This document shows, one piece after another, positions 1 to 12,862 of a stretch of 64,000 bases of DNA. The position numbers and the translations under genes were made by a program. This stretch comes from Squalus acanthias (taxonomy: Eukaryota). How positions within the stretch are numbered: the stretch's first letter is position 1; every line of letters starts with the position of its first letter. Where the stretch lies: positions 12,214,001 through 12,278,000 of the forward strand of contig CM059443.1 in NCBI GenBank assembly GCA_030390025.1, written 5' to 3'. The notes beneath the pieces are model-generated. The model saw nothing but the letters and a program-made list of their open reading frames with translations. It made no database searches and was not told the origin of the DNA.

Positions 1-1066
1 AGAGTTAACCATGTTGGTGTGGGTCTGGAGTCACATATAGGTCAGACCAGGTAAGGACTTCATATTTCCTTTCCCTAAAGGACATTAGTGAAATCAGTTG
101 AGTTTTTACAACAATACAACAGCTCCATGGTCACTTTTACTGATACCAGCTTTTTATTTCCGAAGTTGTTTAAACATAAATTCAAATTGCCACGGTGGGA
201 TTTGAACTCACATTCTCTGGATTGACTAGTCCAGTAACATAACCACGACACTACTGCACCCTGGGTGAGATCAGTATGGAATGCTGGGAGCAGCTTGCTG
301 CTGGGAGGTAGCAGAATGCCAGTTGCCAAGGCAGATCCACTTTGAGAGACAGTGTGCTGAGGTGGAACAATGAAGAAAGGCAGGCCGGCAACCAGACTGG
401 AATAACAAATTCAGAATTCTCCAATTTTTCTCTCCAATTTTCATTCTCAGGATGTGGGCATTGCTGGCAAGGTCGGATTTGTTGCCCATCCCTAGTTGCC
501 CTGAGAAGGTGGTGGTGGTGGGCCGCCTTCTTGAACCGCTGCATGTAGTGGTTTGGACCCCCAACTCCCCCCTTGCCCCACCCACCCCCCATGAAGCTGT
601 TGACTCCTTCTTATGATCTGATGTCAGAAGTGCCTCTGGTAGTTCAGCCATTCTTTATGTGTTAGCCTCGATGGTGAGTGTTTTCCGGCTATTCAGCTAC
701 AGGGTGCATCACAGCAGCTGTCCAGACACATGTCATTTGTAGCAGGAGTCACAGGATAACAATCAGAAGCAGGAAACCAGGCTGATTTATTCCCTCCCTC
801 TCTTAACCCAGGGTTGTGGAGGCCCGATGCCACTCTGGCTGGGATCAGCCAACTATTGACCTCAAACTTATTGAATATTATGGATTGCGCTGTACATGCT
901 AGTAAAGCTTTCAAATGGGAAGTGGTGGCCTCTGACAAATGGCCTGGTGAAAGGCCGTTTGATTCCCAAGCATCGCAGCATGAATGAGCTATTGTCGTTC
1001 TCTTTTCCTTTAATTGTATTTAGTAATTCTTTTGTTTAACATTACATTTTTATTTTATTTCTGCAG

Positions 1067-1180
1067 AAAGGCTGGGATCCTGGAACACAATGTATAGCTA
1101 AGTGTGACCACAAAACGTCAAAGAAAGATGAGCTATCATTTCACAAAGGAGATATCCTGACTATTATTGAGGTTGTCAGT
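1067..1180 (+). CDS. MATK: MATK/CHK coding exon (SH3 N-half); first coding exon visible in window
   Basis: Polypyrimidine-CAG acceptor at 1064-1066 and GTGAGT donor at 1181. 114 nt translate [38 protein letters not shown], resembling MATK WAPGTQCITKCEH...ELAFRKGD. Confidence 0.92.
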
Positions 1181-1531
1181 GTGAGTATATAATAGCTAGT
1201 GTTTGTATTATCCCCTTAAATCTTGCTTCCTGTTTGGCAGGGCGTTTCTTTTATAATTTGGGATGTGAAGAGTGCGAGGTGTCACCTTGCTGTCCGGGAC
1301 ACCATGTGAGTGGAATATATCGCTTTCACGCTTTGCCCTTTTGAAGGGCTCGCACTGCTCTGTACAAATCCAACAACTGAGGAAACTGGCTCATCTAGAT
1401 CCTTGGTGTATAATTTCTTCTCCTCTCCCCTCCCCCTCCCCCCACTCCCACTCCCCCTCCCCCTCCTCTCCCTCCCACTCCCCCTCCTCCTCCTCCATAC
1501 AGCACATATTCCAAACAGCATCCACTCACCA

Positions 1532-2352
1532 AAATTCAACACAGATAAATGTGAGATATTACATTTTGGTAGGAAGAATAGGGAGGTCACTTATCACTTG
1601 GAGGGTGTAAGTCTCGGTGGGGTAGAGGAACAGAGGGATCTAGGAGTACAAATACACAAATCACTAAAGGTTGTGATGCAGGTTAGCAAGGCCATAAAAA
1701 AAGCAAACCAAGCACTAGGGTTTATTTCTAGAGGGATAGAATTGAAAAGTAGTGAAGTTATGCTAAACCTGTATTGAACGTTGGTTAGACCACACTTAGT
1801 GTATTGTTTACAGTTCTGGTCGCCATATTATAAAAAGGATATAGAGGCACTGGAGAGGGTGCAGAGAAGATTTACAAGGATGATACCAGAAATGCGAGGG
1901 TATATATATCAGGAAAGGATGAACAGCCTGGGTCTCTTTTCTCTTGAAAAAAGAAGGCTGAGGGGTGACCTAATAAGAGGTCTTTAAAATTATGACAAAT
2001 GTTGATAGAGTGGATACAGAGAGAATGTTTCCACTTGTGGGGAAGAGCATAACTAGAGGCCATCAATGTAAGATAGTCACCAAGAAATCCAATAGGGAAT
2101 TCAGAAGGAACTTCTTTACCCAGAGAGTGGTGAGAATGTGGAACTCGCTACCACAGTGAGTGGTTGAAGCGAATAGTATAGATGCATTTAAAGGGAGGCT
2201 AGACAAGCATATGAGGGAGAAGGGAATAGAGGGTTATGCTGATAGATTTAGATGAGAAAGACGGGAGGAGGCTCGAGTGGAGCATAGACGCCGGCATGGA
2301 CTGGTTGGGCCGAATGGCCTGTTTCTGTGCCGTATATCCTATGTAATGTAAT
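1532..2352 (+). mobile_element. CR1 LINE 3' fragment
   Basis: ORF2 C-terminal peptides (KFNTDKCEILHFGRKN...LVRPHL.YC.QFWSP) with a stop at 1775, 3' stem-loop and tatgtaat tail. Confidence 0.92.
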
Positions 2353-2354
2353 TT

Positions 2355-3197
2355 GCACATCCCAATCAACTCTCCCATCCGCACATCCCAATCAACTCTC
2401 CCATCCGCACATCCCAATCAACTCTCCCATCCGCACATCCCAATCAACTCTCCCATCCACACATCCCAATCAACTCTCCCATCCACACATCCCAATCAAC
2501 TCTCCCATCCGCACATCCCAATCAACTCTCCCATCCACACATCCCAATCAACTCTCCCATCCACACATCCCAATCAACTCTCCCATCCACACATCCCAAT
2601 CAACTCTCCCATCCACACATCCCAATCAACTCTCCCATCCGCACATCCCAATCAACTCTCCCATCCACACATCCCAATCAACTCTCCCATCCGCACATCC
2701 CAATCAACTCTCCCATCCGCACATCCCAATCAACTCTCCCATCCGCACATCCCAATCAACTCTCCCATCCACACATCCCAATCAACTCTCCCATCCACAC
2801 ATCCCAATCAACTCTCCCATCCGCACATCCCAATCAACTCTCCCATCCACACATCCCAATCAACTCTCCCATCCGCACATCCCAATCAACTCTCCCAGCC
2901 GCACATCCCAATCAACTCTCCCATCCACACATCCCAATCAACTCTCCCATCCACACATCCCAATCAACTCTCCCATCCGCACATCCCAATCAACTCTCCC
3001 ATCCACACATCCCAATCAACTCTCCCATCCACACATCCCAATCAACTCTCCCATCCACACATCCCAATCAACTCTCCCATCCGCACATCCCAATCAACTC
3101 TCCCATCCACACATCCCAATCAACTCTCCCATCCGCACATCCCAATCAACTCTCCCATCCACACATCCCAATCAACTCTCCCATCCACACATCCCAA
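2355..3197. repeat. 26-bp minisatellite, ~32 copies
   Basis: Unit [g/a]cacatcccaatcaactctcccatcc, starting right after a CR1 tail. Confidence 0.97.
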
Positions 3198-3382
3198 ACA
3201 GTCCAAAGGATTGCACGAAGATGGGAAAACTGAAGGAGGTGAGGAGTTCCCAGGAAATAACAAACTGGAGTCATAGATAGTGTGATAAGTTGATTTCAAA
3301 ATTGCAAGGATGCTGGGAGGAGAGAGAATGCGTAGGATGGGGTACTGGGAGCTTAGGAAGAACAAGAGAGAAAAGTTCAGCA

Positions 3383-3833
3383 AAAGCAAAATACTGCGGA
3401 TGCTGGAAATCTGAAATAAAAACAGAAAATGCTGGAAATGCTCAGCTGGTCAGGCAGCATCTGTGGAGTTAACGTTTCAGGTCGATGACCTTTTGTCAGA
3501 ACTGGCAGCTGTTGATGATTCTGGCATTTGCACCACATCTAGACTCATCTTTTGTTTCTTAACTTGTTCCCATTACCATCTCCTTTTGCCTTGCACCGTT
3601 ATCTCTTTTGTCTTTTAATCACTCCTGCCTTCCACCCTATCACAGACCTTCCCTTTTGTTCTTTCCTCCCCTCCCTCCTCTCCCTGCCCCTACACTTGCT
3701 TAAAAATCTGTTACATCTCTAACTTTTTCCAGTTCTGACGAAGGGTCATCGACCTGAAACATTAACTCTGTTTCTTTCTCCACAGATGCTGCCTGACCTG
3801 CTGAGTATTTCCAGCATTTTCTGTTTTTATATT
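3383..3833 (+). mobile_element. Penelope-like fragment with inverted pLTR and decayed hammerhead motifs
   Basis: Inverted terminal segments, 16-bp TSD agagaaaagttcagca (3367-3382 and 3834-3849), and CTGACGA...GAAAC at 3735-3760. Confidence 0.8.
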
Positions 3834-4000
3834 AGAGAAAAGTTCAGCACTGATCGAAGTGGTATCAATAAGATAGAGTGACAGGAACAATAGCGATGAG
3901 GGAGAGAGAGATGTTGGATGACAGAAGGGAGAGAAGGATCATAACTGTATAATGTCTAGGTTCATTAGTTACCTATCTGTGTCCTTTCTATTATAACCAG

Positions 4001-4116
4001 AGCAAGGGTCGGTATAGAGCGAAAAATAACAAGACCGAGGAGGAAGGTCTGATATCCAGAAGCAACTTACGTGAGCGTGAGGCCATTCGGGTTGACCCCA
4101 ACATCAGTCTGATGCC
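4001..4116 (+). CDS. MATK: MATK coding exon (SH3 C-half and SH3-SH2 linker)
   Basis: CAG acceptor and GTAAGT donor. 116 nt translate SKGRYRAKNNKTEEEGLISRSNLREREAIRVDPNISLM(P), cf. MATK LREREALSADPKLSLMP. Phase fits the neighbouring exons. Confidence 0.92.
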
Positions 4117-4130
4117 GTAAGTACCTGGAT

Positions 4131-4378
4131 TTGGAGGGATAGATGTTGGCCAGGACACCAGGAGAACGCTCCTGCTATTCTTCCAATAGGACCATGGGAT
4201 CGCCGACAGCGCCTCAGTTTAACATCTCATCCGAAAGGTGACACCTCCACCAGTCCAGCACTCCATCAGTACAGAAGTGTCAGCCTAGGTTATAAGCTCA
4301 AGTCTTGGAGTGGGGCTTAAATCCATGACTTTCTGACTCAGAAGCAAGACTGCTACCTACTGTGCCAAGGCTGACATC
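4131..4378 (-). mobile_element. DeuSINE (SacSINE1/AmnSINE-like) fragment
   Basis: Deu-domain-like gcctcagtttaacatctcatccgaaagg plus reverse tRNA-type head. Further copies lie at ~22465-22926, 27935-28375, 44623-45520, 56791-57152 and 61930-62475. Confidence 0.7.
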
Positions 4379-4933
4379 CATGATTAGCAATGACAGCTTG
4401 CCTATTCAATGTAAATGAGGTTCGACCTCAAACATTGACCGGACTTCCCTCTGACTGTATTGGATGGGCGCATCAGACAACACCACCCAACGGTATACAC
4501 TGGAAATGAAAATCACCTCCTCTATTTCCCAATATTAAGTGCACATTCTCTTCCTGTTTGGATGCACCCCACTTAAACCTAGCTCCAAAGAGCTTAGGCA
4601 CAGATCTGGCAAAACCCAGGGTTAGGGACCCCGAAGTGTGCTGGAGTTTAACCACCTCAAAATATTCTTCTTACCAACACAGAGCACCAGTAGACTTCCT
4701 ACTGCCTATCCAGCCAGGGCCACCCTTCCTGTTAGGGCATTGACCACATGAGGTTATCTTGAATTGAGGGGAAAGAATCCCAGCCTCCAGTCACAGGTCG
4801 ATGCCTCCAGGTTCCCATTAATGAGCCACGCTGGGTGGAGCACTGGAGTACAGCAGACCTGCCTGGCTCAGGCGTTAGATTACTGAGTCTGTCACAGAGG
4901 ACCCGCTGGTTTCAGTCGCCCTAGTATATATCA

Positions 4934-5180
4934 GGTGCAGTAACATAATGGTTATGTCATTGGACTAGTAATCCAGAGGCCTGGACTAATGATCTGGAGA
5001 CATGAGTTCAAATCCCACCATGGCAGCTGGGGAATTTAAATTCAGTTAATTAAATCTGGAATTAAAAAAAAAAAGCTAGTATCAGTAAGGGTGACTATGA
5101 AACTACCGGATTGTTGTAAAAACCCATCTGGTTCACTAATGTCCTTGCCGGCAATGCCCACACCCCGTGAATGAATAAAT
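4934..5180 (+). mobile_element. tRNA-derived SINE (second family)
   Basis: A-box-like start and B-box gagttcaaatccc. Related copies at ~1-262 (-) and 58346-58465 (+). Confidence 0.6.
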
Positions 5181-5332
5181 AACAAAAAAAATCTCAGATG
5201 GGTTATTTAAGGAAGGTTCATCTCTGTTCCTTGAGGAAGGGCCTCTCTTAAGTGATCTAGAGCTGAGAAGCTATAAGGAATGTTATGAGTGAGACTGCCT
5301 CCTCCCTAACGATGAATAAAATAAAACTCCAG

Positions 5333-5607
5333 TAACCAGAGGAGACAGATTTCAGATAATTGGCAAAAAAGTCAGTGGGCAGATGAGGAAAAACTTCTTT
5401 ATTCAGCGAGTTATGATGATCTGGAATGCACTGCCTGAAAAGGTGGAGGAAGTGGATTCAATAGTAACTTTCAAGAGGGAGGCGGATAGATACTTAGAAC
5501 GGAAAAATTTGCAGGGCTATGGAGAAAGAGCAGGAGAGTGGGACTAATTGTATAGCTCTTTCAAAGAGCTGGCATCGGGACGAATGGCCTCCTTCTGTAT
5601 GATTCTA
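5333..5607 (+). mobile_element. CR1 LINE 3' end fragment
   Basis: TRG.RF.I..K...MRKNFF.QRV..IWNALP-type sequence and ttctgtatgattct tail. Confidence 0.75.
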
Positions 5608-5987
5608 GAACACCCATCCTACATTATAGATCCATATCATGGAATCTCCATGCTGCCAGCAGCTCAGGGGTCATCATGTTCCACACAGGAAACAATCATC
5701 TCTGTCTGTTCCGATCCCTTCACCCTCAGTCTCATTCCCAGCCAGATATTTTGGCTCTTTTTTAAAAAAGTTTTCATTCAACCCAGCATTGACTGTTGGT
5801 AATCTATCCCAAGTATCCACTGCTCTGTGAAAGAAAAAACATACCTAGAATCTCAAGTCTTGCTTAAGGCTCATTCACTTCATCCTCCTGTCCTCTAGCT
5901 CTGTGCTCACATTCATGTCCCTCCCTCAACCTCTGGCGCTCAGTGTGTAAAACCTGGAACATGTCCTCTCCCAATCTTCTCATTTCC

Positions 5988-6192
5988 AACAACAACAACT
6001 TGTATTTATATAGCACCTTTAACGCAGTAAAACTTCCCAAGGTGCTTCACAGGAGCGTTATCAAACAAAATTTGACACTGAGCCACATAAGGAGAAATTA
6101 GGACAGATGACCAAAAGCTTGGTCAAAGAGGTAGGTTTTAAGGAGCGTTTTAAAGGAGGGGAGGGAGGCGGAGAGGTTTAGGGAGGGGTTCC
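5988..6192 (-). mobile_element. L2-type LINE 3' end
   Basis: Reverse tail caacaacaacttgtatttatatagcacc shared with the Deu-SINE tails. A related L2-like piece lies at ~57280-57660. Confidence 0.55.
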
Positions 6193-6919
6193 AATCAAAA
6201 CAAATTCAGCTCCCGCAAGTCTCCGCATAACATGGTGCCCTAAATCGTAGTGGATCAGTGGATAAATGCACTGCCCGCTGTGGTACTGAGCCCCACAGAC
6301 CAGGAAGATCCCAGGCTAGGTCTCCAGTCTGAGTTCACTGATCTCAGATGAGTCAATAGCTTCAGGCACTGCAATTGGCATCAGTGATCCATAGCTACAG
6401 AGGAAATGGATCAATAGGACCTGCTCCTTATTGTTTTCGAGTGATTCCTGCTGGAAAGTGCATGAGGTAGATCTTGACGTTGTGCGATAGTGTAAATAAG
6501 CCAATTGGAAATAATAATCGGGAGAGATGTAAAACGAGCTGCCGATTCGCTATCACCCGTTCTACACTATCGCACAAAGTCAAGATCTACCTCCATGTGT
6601 CTGGGGTTCATCTGTCATTCGCCGCACAGTTGAATAGCTTGTCAGCACTCATTGCTTGGCCTCACACATGAAGAATGGTCACTTGGGTGAGGTACCCAAG
6701 AGCAGCTGGCACCAGTGGAGTGTTCCTTCAGCCTGAGTCAGCGCCTTCAGGAGAAGTGGGGAGAAGATCGGCAAAAAGATTAATACACAAGAACGAGGGT
6801 GGGAAGAATTTGGGGTTTTGAAAAATTATTAGTTTAAAGGGGGTAAAGTTGTTGCCGGAGGAGAGAGGATGTCTTGGGACTACCTTGCTAACATTCGTTT
6901 GTTTTTCACTCTTTGTGAG

Positions 6920-7139
6920 GTGGTTCCATGGGAAGATCAGTGGCGAAGATGCAGTGAGGGTGCTCCAGCCCACAGAAGATGGCCTCTTCCTGGTGCGAGA
7001 GTCCATTCGACATCCTGGTGACTATGTGCTGTGTGTCAGCTCGAAAGAGGAAATCAGTCATTATCGCGTCATTTACAAAGATAATAAACTAACGATCGAC
7101 GAAGAAAACTATTTTTACAACCTCATTGAACTCATTGAG
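6920..7139 (+). CDS. MATK: MATK coding exon (SH2 core)
   Basis: 220 nt translate [40 protein letters not shown]...FYNLIELIE with the FLVRES motif. EDGLF and [11 protein letters not shown] are MATK-type rather than CSK-type. GAG acceptor, GTGAGC donor. Confidence 0.96.
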
Positions 7140-8760
7140 GTGAGCTATATCCAGTTTCTGTTCATGCGACCGTTTTTGCATTACACAATGAAAGATCATG
7201 GAGAGCAGGTTATCTGAGATCAAAGTGTGCGATAAATGACATTTTCTCCCCTCCTCACGCTGACTCGTGCTGGGCACGATTCCACAGGCACCCTCCGGGA
7301 CTTTGCCCAGGTAGCCCTCCTTCATGCATGAGTCTAAACAGTGAATTTTGGCAGGCTAATCAATGAGGGAAGGCATCTCAGCCAAGCCTGATCCAGTCAT
7401 CACCTCATGTGTGAACTTTCTAGCAGGGGTCTGTGTTTGGCAACCAGGAATATGATCCCTGGCTGATTTTCTCCTCCCTAATCCTGAGATGATGAGGCCA
7501 GATGTGGTACCCGTTACTTCACCCCAGCTGAGATCAGCTAACGCAGCACTAGGGATCAAACCTAGGACCTTCCTGATCTATAGACCTCAGTGCCAGGCAT
7601 CCTAACCAACTGAACCACAGGGGAACTCCTGGCAATATTCTTTCATAAAACATCAGCAAAAGTGCTTTCTGCAGATTTTAGATGGTGACTATCATAGAGT
7701 CAAACTAGAAAGATTTAAGGGGTGAATTTCCTCAGAATGTTCGTTGAACTTCTGCTGAAGTAACTGTGGCGGAGAGGGAGAATCTCCAAGGAAATCCATT
7801 CTCACAAAGGAGCATTAAACCAGCACTCTGATTTTCCCTCTTTCCCTGTGAGGAAGCGTCGAGTCTCTCTGCGATGGTACAGATGGTGACAGTACAGACA
7901 CATCTACAGCTAACCAATCCTTAGCCTCCCTCCAATGTGCTACATCACCCTACAGCCCAATGGCTCTTTTTTCTTTGTTGGAAAAACCTAAGTGAGATAA
8001 ATTAAGTAGTCGTTATTAGGTGACACAAAGTTTGAGCTTTAAAAGCCTGTAGATCATCGGAGCAAGTGAAGACTGAGGGAGGTGAGGAGGCCATGGGGCA
8101 GATGTATTAGAGTGGGAGATGGTGCAATGAGTCTTGATTTCAACATTGAGGATTCAAGGAGGAGGAAGAGTGTTGTACATCGCATTTGGAACTTAGGACA
8201 AACAAGACAGGAAAGTTGTACAGTGAGTGGAGGAAAGACAAGAGCAAAAGATCCAATGTTTATAATTTTCAGCCTCTCTATTAAACTGTTGCTGTAAATA
8301 TTAACACACACGCGATCACAAATTACAGGGTCTGAGACCTTAGTTTGTAGGTTAACCCCAGGAAGGGTGTCCTCTCCTTTGTCCTTCCTCCCATATTTAC
8401 AATCTTTGCTTCACCAAACTATACACCAAATATCGCTGTGGGATTAATTAAACGCACATATTCCCCCACCCCTAAATTTGGAAACCCTAGTTTTGTCACC
8501 TAGAGTGTAATGGGAACTTTACTGGTTTCAGAGTGTAAGTAATGGGAAGTGTTTCTGCAAACAGCATTAAACAAAGTAACACAGAGGAAGTTCAAAAATA
8601 GCCCAGAACTGTGTCGTAAACTGAAGAGAGATTAGGGTGGGGGCTCTGGGATGTAAGAAAGGAAGTTAAATTGCCTTCTAACAGACTTTTTACAGCTGAT
8701 GTAGTGGAACAAAGTTAATATATAGGAGAAATGTTAAAAATATATTAATTTCCTCTGTAC

Positions 8761-8881
8761 AAAAGCAAAATACTGCGAATGCTGGAAATCTGAAATAAAA
8801 ACAGAAAATACTGGAAATACTCAGCAGGTCAGGCAGCATCTGTGGAGAGAGAAACAGAGTTAACGTTTCAGGTCGATGACT
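8761..8881 (-). mobile_element. Penelope-like pLTR fragment
   Basis: aaaagcaaaatactgcgaatgctggaaatctg...gtttcaggtcgatgac, the same family as 3383 and 43595. Further pieces at ~23611-23745, 29165-29260, 34190-34320 and 57960-58345. Confidence 0.75.
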
Positions 8882-11800
8882 ACACCTTTCCCTAACGAGT
8901 TATTAGATCTGCGTAGTATTGCCTCTGCTATCTCTTCCCTAGATTCTTTTAAAATGCGTGGATGTAAGGGTTTTATCCTCTTTGAGTTTGATTAGTTTAT
9001 TTAATATATCTCCTCTTTTTATTTTAAATGCAATTATCTCATTACTAATCTCATCATCCGATGTCATGTCCACCTGTTCTATCTCCCTGTTCCATGGCTG
9101 TTCTTCAGATGTGAGCCCAGGCACTGTGTGTCGGCAGGGTATTCCACAAGGGGTGCATTCTGCCTTAGTAAACCCGTTATATTGTGACATTTGACTCTCT
9201 CATTCCTCTGGTATAACCCACCTGGTTGGGGAGGTCCATTCTGAGCAGAAAGCACTGTTTTTTACATTTTACAGGACAACAAATGGTCTACTAGTAGAGA
9301 TACTGACGCACATTACTGCTGGCTCTAGATTGAAGGGTCAATTGGGTGTGTGAGCAGCAACTTCACTGGTGGTAGTTCAGTCAATTCAGAGACTTGGTTC
9401 GAAATCTCAAGTCACCACACATCCTGTGTTACATCCAGTACCTGTACAGATACTTGAAAGATGTGTAGCAAATAAACCACCAAAACTCAATTATTTCTGT
9501 TTCTTTCCATTTTTGTCTCTTCTTGTCCTTAAGGCGGTAACTCTTGCTGGGGCATGGGCCATCCTCTGCTGGATCGACCACGTGCTCATTCTTCATGTGT
9601 GTACTTGGATAATGATTGTCAGCTGGCTATTCTACCATGGGGGTGGGGTGGGGTGGGGTGGTGACAGTCTACCCAACCACATTATCAACAATCTTAGCAA
9701 TAAGAGATTGCCCCAGACAAATGTAATATAGGGTATAGATTCCTGTGATATATGATATAGATGCCTGCAATGTATGATATAGATTTCTAAATATGTGGTA
9801 TATGGTGACTGTCATATATGATATAGATGCATAAACATGTGGTGTAGACAGCTGTGATATATGATATATATGCCTGCAATATATGGTATAGATGCATACA
9901 TATAGGGCGCTAACGGGAGGCGCAAAGCAACCCAATTTTCCCCCCTATATGTTTATTACAGTTATAAAAGAAGCTACAATACAAGAAGTAAAGAAGTTAA
10001 AATACAAAGCTTATACTTATAACATAGTAAATAAAACATTGAGATACAGCCTGCTAAACAATACAAGGTTCCAAGATGATCAAACTCGAGTTGTCTTGCA
10101 GTCACCTGAGTCCAGTTCCGCTCCGAGGAACGTTTAACATTCTATACCTTAAGTCTGCCTTAAATACATTAATCACTCATTACACTATGGGTACCCTGAG
10201 CCTGCTGTTGTGCCTGCATGTCAATCAATCTCAATGTTTCCCAAGCCAAGCAGCCTCCTAACAATTCCCTCACATTCCACAATGGGCAAAAACAGTCAAC
10301 TAACGGTTCCCATGCGATGATCCCATAAACATAAGATAACCAAAGTATGTCTATCTACGTAGGTTTATTAAGGACTGTTCATAAACTTCTGACAAGAACA
10401 ACTTTGAATCTAAAAAGCATATTCTACAGAAAAACCTGCAAAAAGTACTTATCTCAGGCCCCGCTCGCTCTAAGTTCAGGGGCCATGTTTGGGACAGATG
10501 AAGGTTCTTCCCTAAATAGGCCCCCCTCCCCCGGGGACCTGGTGTACCCAGGTCCCATGACAATTTCCAGCCCCTCCACTGCACTCTTGCCGGAATTATA
10601 CTGGGTGGTGCACTGCTAGGGGCCCGGACTTTCGGCCCATTGTTTTGGAAATATCTGCCGGGATGTGCAATCCAGGCCAAGGAAACCAAATCTGGACTTT
10701 ACAATAACCATAACTGCACTTCAAAGTAACTTAACTGCACTTCAAAGTAACTTATGTGAAGCACTTTGGGACTGAGAGGCACGATAAGGTGCTCTATAAA
10801 TGAAATTCTTTCTTTTAGATAAACATTTGGTACATGTGTTCATGTGTGACATATGCTTACTTGTTTTCCTTTAATTGAACAGCCCAACTGAAGGATTGGG
10901 CGCTTTGTGCAGGACACCACCCAAGGTTGAAAAGAGGAAAGAAGACAATGTGGTAGATTTTCAACTTGGAACCCGGGCATAAACTAGCATTGTGGATCCG
11001 CCACCCATTATAGAAACTGCCTAATTTACATTTCCAATTCCACTTTTATACTCAGGTGGCAAGCTGAAAATCTACCCCAAGATAAATCAAGATGTCTGAA
11101 TGTAAATTATGCCAAATTTGGTTTCATTGCGAGACGGAAGAGAAAGATGGGAGGAAAGGAAAAGAATGAAAAATGGTCTCAAGGTTTCAGGTCACTGTGG
11201 GCTTCAAAGTATCTGGCAGGGGTGGTACCCCAGGCCACCCAAGAAGGTCTACCACTCTTAACATGGGGTTCTTGGAACCATTATAGAATGACTACATGAT
11301 GCAAAAGTTGGGTGTGAATATCGGAATAGGAGTAGGCCATTCAGCCCCTCGAGCCTGTTCCGCCCTTCAATTAGATCATGGCTGATCTATTTCTTAACTC
11401 CATCTACTTGCCTGGTTCTATCAGCTTAATACCTTTGCCTAACAAAAATCTATCAATCTCAGGTTTGAAATTTTCAGTTGATCTAGCCTCAACAGCTTTG
11501 AGGGGAGGGAGAGAAGATGGAGTTGATGGGGAAGAACCACCAAGGCAAAGATGTCCTATTTCAGCCAGGTAGTTCATGGTGGCAATTTTAGATGGAGAAC
11601 TCAATGGAAAATGAAGGTGACACCCACAGAAATCAGGGTTTGACAGCATACAGCTGTGATCTAACAAAAATATTTCACCCTGTAGACAATGCTCACAACT
11701 CGCAAGATTAGTTAAACCTAATGTAGGCCTGTGAAGCTACAGCTACCAACCCTGCTCAACGGAGTCCAGATTAAAGTACAGTATGATGCAACAGTGTGCA

Positions 11801-11973
11801 GATGCACGGAGGCGTACAATTAATGGTTGACTAAAAAACTAGTGAAAAAACTTTCCTTACAGACATGTTACAGAGACACATTTGTATTTCACACCCTAGG
11901 TAACTTGTTTAATGTGGCTGGTTATTAGACTACAACATTTATTAAATAGAAAACATATTTACATGAAGTCATA

Positions 11974-12862
11974 GGGGGAAAAATTCAGTTGGTTGCGCCT
12001 CCCGTTAGCACCTTAAGAGGGTGCTAATGGGGCGCAAAGCAGCTAGCGCCTGGGTGCGGCGATGTTTGCGCCGCTCGCGAAATTAACTAGACATTTTGCG
12101 GCGGCACTAAACACTACCACCACGATCTCCTGCGCCAGCAGATCGTGACGTCAGTCGAGTGCGCAACGCCCCGGTAGCGCCCCGGAGCGGATATGGAGTG
12201 GCGCCCCCTGCCTTACCGCCTGCCACTAGCAATGACAGGTTGAGGGGAGTGTTTTGCAGTCAGGAAGGGACTGGGGGAGCGCTATTTAAAGGCGACCGCT
12301 TCCTGCCTTTTTTTGTTGGTGACATTTTTGAACCACGCATTCTGAGAGAGAGAGAGACTCCTGGAGAGATTCAACGCTGTGTGAAGGAGTTTTGGGTACT
12401 GAGCAGCACTTTGCAGGTTCATTTTGATTTGTCCTTCCTTGTATTGATTTAGAAGAGACTGTGGGGGTTGCACTCTGAGCTCTTTCCCTGGGCCTCTCCA
12501 TTGTTCTTTCCAGCAGATTTGATGTACAGGTCTCTCCAGGCCGAGATTCAAGGTTGCAATGAGCAGGATGTGGATGGAAAGCAAAATCAACCCTCCCCTT
12601 TAAGAACTGGCCGGGGCCATTGTGTCTGTGTTCCATTGCTGACTGACATCACATGAGCTTCGCCAGCGCTCTGAGTTAGCGCCTCGCTCCTCGGCCTTTG
12701 CGCCTTAAGACAGATGTGTAGCACCTGATTTAGCGCTCCAATCACCTCCAGGGGCGATAAAAGTCAAGTTTGCAGTCGGAGGCGATAATTAGCGCCATGT
12801 GCTAATCTTTGCGCCCGGCCGATAATTGCGCCCCAAACGGGGCGATACCGAATTTCTCCCCC
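11974..12862. mobile_element. PIF/Harbinger-type MITE family A, copy 1
   Basis: TIRs GGGGGAAAAATTC / GAATTTCTCCCCC, 3-bp TSD ATA, no coding capacity, colinear with the copy at 55886-56779. Confidence 0.8.

Noticed and set aside
2327-3280. 317 and 307 aa His/Pro/Ser-rich ORFs
   Set aside because: They are read-through of the 26-bp minisatellite inside a MATK intron.
9722-10703. Possible solo LTR (TGTAA...TTACA ends, reverse AATAAA and TATA-like motifs)
   Set aside because: I found no matching TSD, primer-binding site or second copy, so it cannot be supported.
12286-12636. Similar ORFs in both MITE A copies (MEHRHNG... and MEHTHNG...)
   Set aside because: The similarity simply follows DNA homology. 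There are no transposase or Myb motifs and the ends differ.
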